From assembly GCF_030684315.1 (NCBI RefSeq), contig NC_081372.1:51246987-51310986 (forward strand): a DNA stretch of 64,000 nt, written 5' to 3'. Source of the stretch: Stegostoma tigrinum. Lineage: Eukaryota. Of the stretch, positions 10,471-21,037 are shown piece by piece. The notes under the pieces were generated by a model that searched no databases, had not been told where the DNA came from, and saw only the letters and a list, made by a program, of their open reading frames with translations. Made by a program: the position numbers and the translations under genes. How positions within the stretch are numbered: position 1 is the stretch's first letter; every line of letters begins with the position of its first letter.

Positions 10471-13117
10471 TTATTGGACATTCTCCAACAACTTCGTCCA
10501 TTCTGTAAAGGGTGGAAGACATTTGATTGAAAGCAGACATAGTTTAAATACTCAATTATAAACCCACACAATATCGCTAATTTTTAAAAATTTGCACATA
10601 CCATCAAAGTCAAGTTTGCCATCACTGTTCTTGTCCCACTCCCTGATGAGTTCATGAACTTCCTCCTCTGTAACATGCTCCCCAGCAGCCATGATGGCAA
10701 TATGCAGCTCAGAACAATCGATGAAGCCGTCAGCATGGCTAGAGTCATCAAGAAAAGTATGAAAGCCCCCAATCCAGCAATATTATCTACCTTACCAAAA
10801 TAGAAATTGAGAAAAGATCATATCCATCTAATTTCACTTTCTTTCTGTCTGGAAATTTACATTTTTTAATCTCACAAAGAAGTCCAATTTAATCACTGGC
10901 GTACAACAAATCTAGATATCATGCACGAACACATGTGGAAATAGCTTCATAAACCTCACATTTGAACTCACCTGTTTCATCCAAAAATGATACAGTTCCC
11001 ACACAATGTCTCAAATTTCTCAAGACCTGAATTCAGTAGTGTGCCCTCTGCTCTGAAAGCAATTACAAGTCATTTGTCATTATCACCTTCGATTATGTTC
11101 AACTGGAAATGGCTTCCCTTTAATTCCAATGATAATATTGAATCACACTTTCTGTTCTTCTACAATTTTGCCCACGGGATGAGATTTGAAACTTTTTTCT
11201 GGGAGCATCAGCATGAGCCACTGGCTGTCTAGCCCAGAGACATTTCGACGATTTTTCCGTCTCCCTGAAGTCAAAACATGCTGTCTGTGCAAGTTGTCAA
11301 AATATCTATGAATTTGATATACATATTTGTTGTCACCAGCTGCCTGCAACAGTCGTAGACTCTCCAACTTTAAGGGCATTTAAATGGTCATTGGATAAAC
11401 ATATGGATGGTAATGGAATAGTGTAGGTTGGGTGGACTTCAGATTGGTTTCACAGGTCGGCGCAACATTGAAGACCGAATGGCCTGTGCTGCACTGTAAT
11501 GTTCTATGTTCTATATTCTTCGTAGAAGCGAAAGTAAACTCAATTGTTAATCTTTTCCTGAGGTGTATACCTAACAATTTCTAGGCTCATCCTCATAAAT
11601 CCTTGAAGCACAATCTCCCGTACCTCTTATACCCTTTTAATGAAATGATGGAAGGTACTGCGTGTGACATATATTGCAGATGAAGCAAATTTCAATCCAT
11701 GTTTGACAGTTGCTAGTTTTAGTGGAAATGTTTCTCGCACCAAATGTTTCTGTATTTCCACCTCAATTCAGGTTTGAAGAAATTGTTTTGGACCCAGACG
11801 CAAACACCGTTTACATGTCTCTAAAGATGGTGCTAAACACAGTGAGATTTTGTACTATTGTTCTAATTACAAGCTTCTGAAGCATTTTGTATAATGGATG
11901 TACTTCTTTTCTAAAATGGCTTCCTTACATTAATGTCTAAGACACCATAATCTCACCAAATCATTGGGCTGTGTTTTTTATTAGAAAGAGATGAGTGATG
12001 ATTAGTTTAATCTGAGGTTCACCAAGGGTCCTGAGTTCAGAGTTGAGAAGGAGAGTTACTGCTGGAATCCTCAGCTGGTGCAGGAAATAAACCCACACTG
12101 TTGGCTTTAGTCTGATTTGCAATCCAGCTGTCCAGGCAACTGAGCTCACCAGCCACCGACCCAATATTTAGGTTCAAGCACATATGCTTTTTTTTTGCTT
12201 TGCTAATCTTTGAGAAAGCTTTTTCATTTTTCAACACGTACATTGGAGAAATTACTGCCTCAAAATAGAATTTCTCCATGGGTCTACTTCCACCAAATTG
12301 GTCAAACATCAAACTCAATGATCAAAAAGACGAAATATTTCTGCCAAAGCTTCTTCGTACGTTCCTTTCTCCTCCTCTCTCATCTGCCTCGCCATAATCA
12401 ACTGGAACCTTTTATAGCCAATTGTGCCGATACCTAAATTAAGAGGTCACAGAAAATAAGATCTGCCGATTGTTAACCATGCACATTGGGAATGAAATGA
12501 TGTTTGAAAAGAAGAGAAAATGCTAATGCTTAAGCTCAATGTGAGTGTTATTCAGCACTGGTGCAATCTGAGATTTGATGAGCTTCCGGGAAAACCAAGA
12601 CATCAATTCTAAGTGAATTGAAGTTAGTGATTATGTACTCATTTGTGAAGATGTGAATTAAGTGAGATTTAGATTTAGATTCGACTATCATGTGTGATCA
12701 AGTACAGAATTACAAAGGTACAGTGAAAAATGTATGATGTTGTCATAGATAGCCCCATCTCAGGCACAAATGCACCCAGGTCCAAAATACTGAAGTACAA
12801 ATTAGTAAGAGAAAAAGAGTTAAAGCATGAAGCATTATCTTCTCATAAACAAACAGAAAATTAAAGGAGAAAGTTAATAGTTAACATTGCAGTCCGCCTT
12901 ACTGCAGTCTAGAGAGTAGAACAGCTATCTTACCTCCAGTATTTTTCTTACCTATGCGAGAAGGGATCATCAGGGAATTATCTTCACAGAGCAATACAAT
13001 AGCCAGCACAATTTGGTCTCTCCTGTAATTTGGGAAGACCAAACACACAGACTGGAAGACCATTTTGCTGAACGCTTCAGCACAGCTCACACGAATGCTC
13101 TCAGCTTTCAGTGACAT
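10471..13117 (-). pseudogene. TNNC2-like: U2: troponin C C-half copy, probable pseudogene (exon 4 donor lost)
   Basis: Exon A 13117-12952. Exon 4 12433-12319 has donor GT>TT and read-through hits TGA. Exon 5 10738-10602 is open (HADGFIDCSELHIAIMAAGEHVTEEEVHELIREWDKNSDGKLDFD). Exon 6 10502-10471 reads EWTKLLENVQ*. Confidence 0.8.
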
Positions 13118-14921
13118 TTCGTTCTAATGCTCCAAACTGCGCTGAGGCTCATATCAGCTTGGTCTGCTGCACTGTCCCAGGGAATGTCAAGATTACAAAC
13201 TGTGCCTCATCTTCGAATTAGGCATTTTATAGCAGTATGGACTCAAACATTTCATTCCATTTCACAGTGTACTCTATTTGCTTTCCTTTTCTTTCCGTTT
13301 TAATATTTGATGAGCCATCAGCACACTTGCTTTCGGCACATTTTGGGTTATTAGTTTATTTTCTTGCCCCAAATCAATTTCCTTTGGCCCCTGAAGACTG
13401 ACTCTTCTGTCATCAGTTTTCCCTGTACTCCATTGCATCACAGATCTTTCTTTTGAACGAAAGATGGCGAGGTGGAGAACTAAAATGACAGGTCTCTGAA
13501 ATCTGCATGATTAAAGAAAGAAGGCCCACATTGAACACCCAGCAATGGAAATATTTTTGGAATTTTCATGATTCCATCACTCTGTCAGATTTCTCCACCT
13601 CCCAGGCCAACTTCCAGATTCTGTGAGTGGCTGCCTCCAGGTAGCAATTTTCCTCCAGGCAGGTTTATCTTGATATCTGTCCAGCATGCAGATAAAGATG
13701 TAGCGAAGTGCTATCAACTGGAGGTGCGCACAATTAATGTGTGACTGTTTTGGTTGAATGTCTTGAGCCACTGCCGTCCATTTAGTGCAGGTCGGCACAC
13801 AATGTCTGCTTGGAGGGAGCACCAGGTATTTGACACAAAGACCTGGTGTAAACGGAGACATAGTTCCAAGTCAGGATGGTGGGTGGCTTGGAGGGGAATG
13901 TGCAGGTGGTGGTGTTCCCATGTACTTGCTGCCGTTGTCCTTCCAGGTGGTAGTGGTTATGGGATAAGGACATTTTGTCGATAGAAGCTTGGTGAATTTC
14001 CGTTTTGCATCTTGTAAATGGTGCTGAATGTATTGTTACACTACTTGCTCTTTGATTTCATGTATGTGTTTCATACTTTAAATTGTATGAGGCAATTGCC
14101 ACCTCTTTTTTGCCTCTAACACTAAGGGCTGCACAGCGTCTCAGTGGTTAGCACTGCTGCCTCACATAGAGCTGAGTTCAGTTCTACCCTTGGCCAACTG
14201 TCTGCGTGGAGTTTGCATGTTTTCTCTGTGTGTACGTGGGTTTCCTTTGGTTACTCCAGTTACTTCGTGTAGGCCAAAGATGTGCATGTTAGGCGAACAA
14301 GCCATGCGAAATTGCCCATGGTATCCTGGGGAGGGTAGATTAGATTAATTAACCATGGGAAATGCAGGGTTACAAGGATAGAGAAGAGTGAGGGATGGTC
14401 TTTGTAGGGTTGGTATGCATTTGATGAAATAAATACCCTGTTTCCACACTGTAGGTATTCTACGATTAAACATAATGGCACAATGGTTTACTAATAACAG
14501 TTCTTTAAGCAACAGCAACAGCAGCTTGTTGTGCAGAATTATGGTGATAAATGTATTGTTATACGACTTGTTCCTTGATTTACTGTATGTGTTCCATGCT
14601 GCACTACAGGTTGCACGGTGTCTCAGTGGTTAGCACTGTTGCCTCACAGTGGCGGGGAGCTGGGTTCAATTCCACTCTTGGCCAAATGTCTGCATGGAGT
14701 TTGCACATTCTCCATGTGCCTTCGTGGTTTTCCTCTGGTTACTGCTGTTACTTCCCACAGTCTAAAGATGTGCATGTTAGGCAGACATTCCATGCTAAAA
14801 TGCCCATGGTATCTTGGGAGGGTAGATTACATGAATTAGCCACGGGAAATGCAGGGTTACAAGGGTAGAGTAGAGTGAGGGATGGTCTTTGGAGGGTTGG
14901 TGTGGACTTGATTGACTAAGT

Positions 14922-15075
14922 GATAATGGGAACTGCAGATGCTGGAGAATCCAAGATAATAAAATGTGAGGCTGGATGAACACAGCAGGCCTAGCAGCAT
15001 CTCAGGAGCACACCTGTGCTCCTGAGATGCTGCTGGGCCTGCTGTGTTCATCCATCCTCACATTTTATTATCTTG
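14922..15075. mobile_element. Inverted Penelope terminal fragment inserted in a V-SINE; 61-bp inverted repeat
   Basis: Arms 14952-15012 and 15015-15075 are reverse complements with 2 differences and match 560-650. Flanked by cttgattgactaagt and cttgatggactaagt, a target duplication of about 15 bp. Confidence 0.88.
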
Positions 15076-15715
15076 ATGGACTAAGTAGACTGTTTCCACA
15101 CTGTAAGGATTCTATGATAAAAGGTAATGGTGCAATGGTTTACTCATAACAATCATTTCAGTGAACTGTCACCAACTGCAGCTTGTTGTGCTATAGACTG
15201 TGCTGTGATTCAGAGTGAAGCATTCTTGTGTGTGAATTCAAATGTGAAGTTTCCAATCTGACACTGACAGCAGCTGATTAATGTGTAGTGAATGGCAGTG
15301 ATAATGTCGCACTTTGAGGTAATTTGTCATTTTGATGACAGCCGTCATCTGTGGATCCTGGGATATGACTTAAAAGGAGAGCCGGAGAGGCCAATATTTA
15401 TTCTTCATAATATCACAAAAGTGGCTTGTCTACGAATGTAGAATTTGCTGTGTGCAGGTTGTTGACGAAGCATTCTTCATGACGTTTTGAATACCCTTTC
15501 AAAAAACTTCATTATTTATACGACTATCGATATATGCTGTGTTCATTAAAGATGTGCCATGTCAAGAAAATGGTTTTGCTGCCAAAATATAGAAACTGCT
15601 CATTCACTTGCTCATTTTACATTGTTGCCTGCTGGAAATGGAGGATAAATACCCAGAGAATCCCTGTCACTCGCAAGTGAAATGCAACAACCGGGTGGAA
15701 AAAATTGGCATTAAC

Positions 15716-15721
15716 TTTATT
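15716..15721 (-). terminator. Candidate polyadenylation signal for U3
   Basis: AATAAA on the minus strand about 280 nt after the stop, followed by U/GU-rich sequence. Also present at 10185, 26316, 29396, 34459 and 48162; mutated in the U4-type pseudogenes. Confidence 0.55.
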
Positions 15722-16001
15722 AGGAAATGGTTTTGAATAAATTGTGCAGCGTTCCAGGCTGAGAGAAAAATCGCTGAGCGTTTCATACATATGCAATTGC
15801 TTCTTCCTCACAAAGTGAGAATTACAGCAGCTATGAAGCTCTTTGCTATATATGTAGCTCCAGTCCTGTCAATCAGATTTTGAAATCTTTGCAATCATTA
15901 AGTGTATTTCAGATGTCTAGGCAGTTGATTGGAGAAGGGTGGCGACACACAGGTCATGAAATTGTTGTATCACAGTGGGTTGCTGATGGATGTTGGCTGT
16001 T

Positions 16002-18833
16002 TTACTGGTCATTCTTCAACAACTTCGACCATTCTGTAAAGGGTGGAAGACATTTGATTTAAAGCAGACACAGTTTAAATACTCAATAATAAACCCACAC
16101 AATATCGCTAATTTTTAAAAATTTGCACATACCATCAAATTCAAGTTTGCCATCACTGTTCTTGTCCCACTCCCTGATGTGTTCATGAGCTTCCTCCTCT
16201 GCAACATGCTCCCCAGCTACCATGATGGCAATATGCAGCGCAGAACAATCGATGAAACCGTCAGCATTGCTAGAGTCATCAAGGAAAGTATGAATGTCCC
16301 CAATCCAGCAATGTTACCTACCATACCAAAATAGAAGTTGAGAAAAGATCATATCCATCTAATTTCACTTTCTTTCTGTCTGGAAGTTTACATTATTTAA
16401 TCTCATCAAGTAATCCAATTTAATCACAGGCGTACAACAAATCTAGACATCATGCACGAACATACGAGGAAATAGATTCATAAACCTCACATCTGAACTC
16501 ACCTTTTTCATCCAAAAATGATACAGTTCCCACACAATGTCTCAAATTTCTCAAGACCTGAATTCAATAGTGTGCCCTCTGCTCTGAAAGCAATTACAAA
16601 TAATTTGTCATTATCACCTTCGATTATGTTCAAATGGAAATGGCTTCCCTTTCATTCAAATGATAATATTGAATCACACTTTCTGCTCTTCCACAATTTT
16701 GTTCCTGACAGTTTAGTTTTCTGAAAATCTTCTGTTGATATTCTCTACTTATGTTCTCCATCGCGTTTTACGTGGATAAGTGTGTTGCTGACAACGACTG
16801 TATTGTTGTCCATGCCTAATTGCACTTGAATGGAGTTGCTTGTTCAGTAATTTCAGAGTGCAGTTACAAATCAGACAGCGTTCCACTGGTCTGGATATAT
16901 ATTCAGGCCAGCAAGGTAAGGATGGCAGATTGTCTTCCTTGAAGGAGACAAGTGAACCACATAGGTTTTCACAACAACCTCTCAGACTTTTCACTATCAT
17001 CAACGACATCAGTTTTATGCTGCAGATGTATTGATTGAGTTTTCTATTTCACTAGCTCACCGGATGAGATTTGAAAGTTTGTTCTTGGAGCATCAGCATG
17101 ATCCACTGGCTCGCTAGTCTGGGACATTTCCATTATGCTACTACCTCCCTGAAGTGAAAACATGCTGTCTATCCACATTTTCAAAACATCTGTGAGTATT
17201 GCAACTATCTATGGATCACCCTTTAGACTTTTTTGTTGAAGGGAAAATAGTCTCAACTGTTAATACTTTCCTGATGTGTGAAGCTGAGGATTTTTAGCCT
17301 CAACCTGGTCAATCCTCAAAGAACTGTCTCCAGGCAACTCTTATATCTTTCAGTATAAGATCATGAAAGGTGCACCATGTCACATGCAATGTAAATGAAA
17401 CAAATTTCCATACATGTTTGCCAGTTGCGAGTCCCGCTAGAAATGTTCTAGGAACAAATGTTTCCACACTTCTACCTCACTTTGGATATGAAGAAGTTAT
17501 ACTGAGGTGAAAACACAGACTCTTTTTTTTCTTCTCTATATAGATGGTGTTAAAGCAAGTGACATTAATGATTCTCATTATTATTTCATATTTTCAGCTT
17601 CTGAAGTATTTTGTATAATTGATATACTTGTTTGCTACAATGGTTTATTTACATGAAGCAAAAGGTAAATTGACCTTTGTGTCAACATATCAGGTGTCTG
17701 CTATTTCATTAGCGAGAAATGATTGGTGGTGACTTCGACCAGAGGGTCACTGTGACTGAGTTGAGTGTTGAGGGGAGTCATGCACGGTAACCTGAGGTGG
17801 TGTAGGAATTAAACCCACACTATTGTTTATGCTCTGCCTTGCAAACCAGCTAACCAGGCAACAGAGCTAATCGGCCCCGTACCCTACATTTCCTTGAAGC
17901 ACGGATGTTTTTCTGATTGCTTTGCTGATCTTTTAGAAACTTGTCTCTTTTTCAATACATACAACGGAGAATCAACAAACTCTAAATAGAATTGTTGCTC
18001 TATCATGTTTCTACCAGTCATGTAGAAGCTCAAACTCACCCATCAAATACATGAATGAATTTTGCGATGTCTTTATCAGACTTTCCTTTCACTTCTTCTC
18101 TCATCTGCCTCGCCATCGTCACCAAGAACTCTTCAAAATCAATGGTGCCGCTACCTAAGACCACACTCAGTTGTAAGCTCTGTCCATTGTTAACCATGAA
18201 TATTTGTGAACGAAACGATTTTTGAAGAGAAACTGCTCATGTTTTAGCTGCATGTTACCCTTTTTGAGACCAATTGCAATCTGAGATTTGACTATCTTTG
18301 GGACACCCAAGATATCAGTCAAATGTGAAATGGAGTAAACTGTTGCGTACTAAATCGTGAAGATATGAAATAATTTACAATTAGATGTAGAATTTTTTTA
18401 TCATGTGTACTCAAGTACAGTATTACAGGCGTACAGTGAAAATGTACAACATTGCCACGCATGTCCCATTTCTGGATCAAAGGTAGTTGCGCCCAAAAAA
18501 TGTCGGTACAAAATAGTAACTGTAAAAGAATTAAAAAGTTAAGCATTACCTTCAGATAGCAAGTAGAAAAATAAAGAATAAAGATCATAGTTAACATTAC
18601 AGTTCTTCTTAATTTAGTCTAGAAAGTAGAACAGCTTTTTTACCTCCAGTATTTTTCTTACCTGCTCCAGAAGGAATCGTCAAAGAAATAACTTCACAGA
18701 GTAAAATTACACACGACACAATTTGAATTCTCCTGTACTTTGGAACGATCAAACACACAAACTGGAAGACCATTTTGCCGAGCACTTCAACGCAGCTCGT
18801 AAGAATGTCCCTGTGCTTTCTTTGACGTGTCAT
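16002..18833 (-). CDS. TNNC2-like: U3: intact predicted 151-aa protein, novel hydrophobic N-terminus fused to the troponin C C-half (EF-hands 3 and 4)
   Basis: join(18833-18662, 18154-18040, 16269-16133, 16033-16002) is 456 nt, all GT-AG, with no internal stop. Exons 4-6 read GSGTIDFEEFLVTMARQMREEVKGKSDKDIAKFIHVFDG/NADGFIDCSALHIAIMVAGEHVAEEEAHEHIREWDKNSDGKLEFD/EWSKLLKNDQ*. Exons 4-6 are secure; use of exon A is an inference. Confidence 0.7.
16790..17150 (-). mobile_element. SacSINE1-like Deu-domain SINE in intron 4 (U3-U13; mostly deleted in U1 and U2)
   Basis: cagagtgcagtta...ggtctgga...ggccagcaaggtaaggatggcagattgtcttccttgaagga.a.aagtgaacca resembles the antisense Deu domain, with a tRNA-like head at the right end. 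Confidence 0.65.
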
Positions 18834-18912
18834 TTTAATTCACCATGATGCTCTCTGGCTGACATTGACTTGGCCTGCTGCAACAAGCTGTGCCTTGTCT
18901 TTCAATAAGGCA

Positions 18913-18919
18913 TTTTATA
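18913..18919 (-). promoter_or_regulatory. Candidate TATA box upstream of exon A (U3)
   Basis: gcTATAAAAtgc on the minus strand, 80-110 bp upstream of the exon A ATG. Conserved in the diverged U1 (8348-8354) and in the other copies that retain this region. Confidence 0.4.
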
Positions 18920-21037
18920 GCTGCATGGGCTCCAACTTTTCATTCCATTTCACAGAGTGCTACATTTTGTTTCCAAATCTTTCCTTTTGAATATTTGTTC
19001 AGTAAAGGTGCACACCTGCTTCAGGCACATATTGGCTTATTTGTTTGCTTTCTTGCCCTAAATCAATTTCCTTTGGCCCCAGAAGACTGACTCTTCTGTC
19101 ATCAAATTTCCCTGTCTTTCATTGCATCACAGATCTTTCTTTTGTACGAAACATGGCCGGGTGGAGAACTAAATTCACAGGCCTCTGAAATCTGCAAAAT
19201 TAAAGAATGAAGGCCCCCACCTAAAACCCAGCACAGGAAATGCTTTTGGAATTTTCATGATTCCATCACGCTGTGAGATTTCTTCACCTCCCCAGGCCAA
19301 CTTCCAGATTCTGTGAGTGCCTGCCTCGACGTAAGAATTTTCCTCCAAGCAGGCTGGTCTTGATATCTGTCCAGCACGTAGATAAATATATTGTGCAGTA
19401 CTATCACCTGGATGTACCTACGATTCGCGTGTGACTGTTTTGGATGAATGTCTTGAGCCACTGCCATCCATTTAGTGCAAGTCAGCTCACAATGTCTGCA
19501 TGGAGGGAGTACCAGGTACTTGATGCAAAGTCATGGTGTGAATGGAGATATAGTTCCAAGTCAGGAAGGTGAGTGGCTTGGAATGGAATGTGCAGGTGGT
19601 GGTGTTCCCATGTACTTGCTGCCATTCTACTTCCAGGTGGCAATGTTCATGGGATAAGCATATTTTTTCAACAGAACCTTGGTGAATTTCTGTGTTGCAT
19701 CTTGTATGTGGTGATGAATGTATTTTTAAACTACTTGATCATTGATTTCATTTTTGTGTTTCATACTTTAAATTGTGTGAGGCAATGCCATCTCATTTTG
19801 ACTCTAACTCTGAGGGTTGCACAGTAGTTCGCACTGCTGACTAACAGTGAGAGAGAGCTGGGTGCAATTCCACCCTTGGCTAATTGTCTGCGTGGAGTTT
19901 GCACATTCTCCCTGAATGTACATGGGTTTACTCTGGTTACTGCAGTTACTTCCTGTAGAACAAAGATGTGCATGTTAGGCGAACAAGCCATGCCAAATTG
20001 ACCATGGTATCTTGGGGAGGGTAGATTAGATGAATAAGCCATGGGAAATGCAGGGTTACAAGGATAGAGGAGAGTGAGGGATGCTCTTTGGAGGGTTGGT
20101 GTGGACTTGATGGACTAAGTAGCCTGTTTCCACACTGTTGGGATTCTATGATTAAACATAGTAGCACAATGGTTTACTCATAACAATCATTTCAGTGAAC
20201 TGTCACCAACTGCAGCTTGTTGTGCTATAGACTGTGCTGTGGTTCAGTTTGAATGATTCTTGTCTGTGAATTCAAATTTGTAGTTTTCTGGTCGGACCCT
20301 GAAGCTGCTGATTAATGGGCAGTGTAAGGCCATGGGAATGTTGCAGTTTCAGGTAATTTGTCTTTTGGATGACAGCCATCATCTATGGATCCTGGGATAC
20401 GATTTAAAAGAAGGGCTGGAGACGCAAAAATTTAGTCCACAAGCATCTGAAGAGTGGCTTGTGTACTGATGTGGAATTTGCTGTGTGCAGGTTGGTGACT
20501 GCGAATCCTTGATGAAATACCGAATACCCTTTCAAAATACTTCAATATTTAGAAGAACTGTCAAGATCTGCTGTGTTCATGAAAGATGTGCTAAATAAAG
20601 AAAATGGTTTTGCTGCCAATATATAGAAACTGATTTTTCATTGTGTAATTTAACATTGTTGCCTCCTGGAAATAGAGAATAAATATCCAGAGAATCCATG
20701 TCATTGACCAGGTGAAATGCAACAATAACTGTCTGGAAAAATCAATCAGAACTTTGCAAGGAAATTGTTGTGAATAAATTGTGCCGTATTCCATATGGAT
20801 CGCAAAATGCCGAAACTTGTCATTCATAGGAGATTGCTTCTTCCTCACAAAGAAAGAACTGCAGCAAATATGAAGCTCTTTGTTACATGTGTAGCTCCAG
20901 TCCTGTTGAACAGATTTTGAATTTTTTGCAATCATTGAGTGTATTCAGATGCCGAGGCTGTTGGCTGCAGAAGGGCGACAGCACAGAGTTCATTAAATTG
21001 TTGAATCATAATGGGTGGCTGACAGATGTTGACTTTT

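Noticed and set aside
10584-10772. Signal-peptide-like ORF MGAFILFLMTLAMLTASS...
   Set aside because: An alternative frame across the exon 5 acceptor and exon; the EF-hand frame explains the sequence.
14128-14200. tRNA genes
   Set aside because: The tRNA-like boxes are degenerate SINE heads that continue into SINE bodies; no full cloverleaf is visible.
16840-17034. Seemingly conserved ORF MFSNFRVQLQIRQRSTGLDIYSGQQGKDGRLSSLKE
   Set aside because: It lies inside the Deu-domain SINE, starts at TTG, and is absent or broken in U1, U2 and U5.
18319-18597. Hydrophobic 92-101 aa ORFs (MLTMIFILYFSTC...)
   Set aside because: T-rich intronic sequence between exon A and exon 4; the frame differs in U1, is broken in U2, and I saw no splice or family support.
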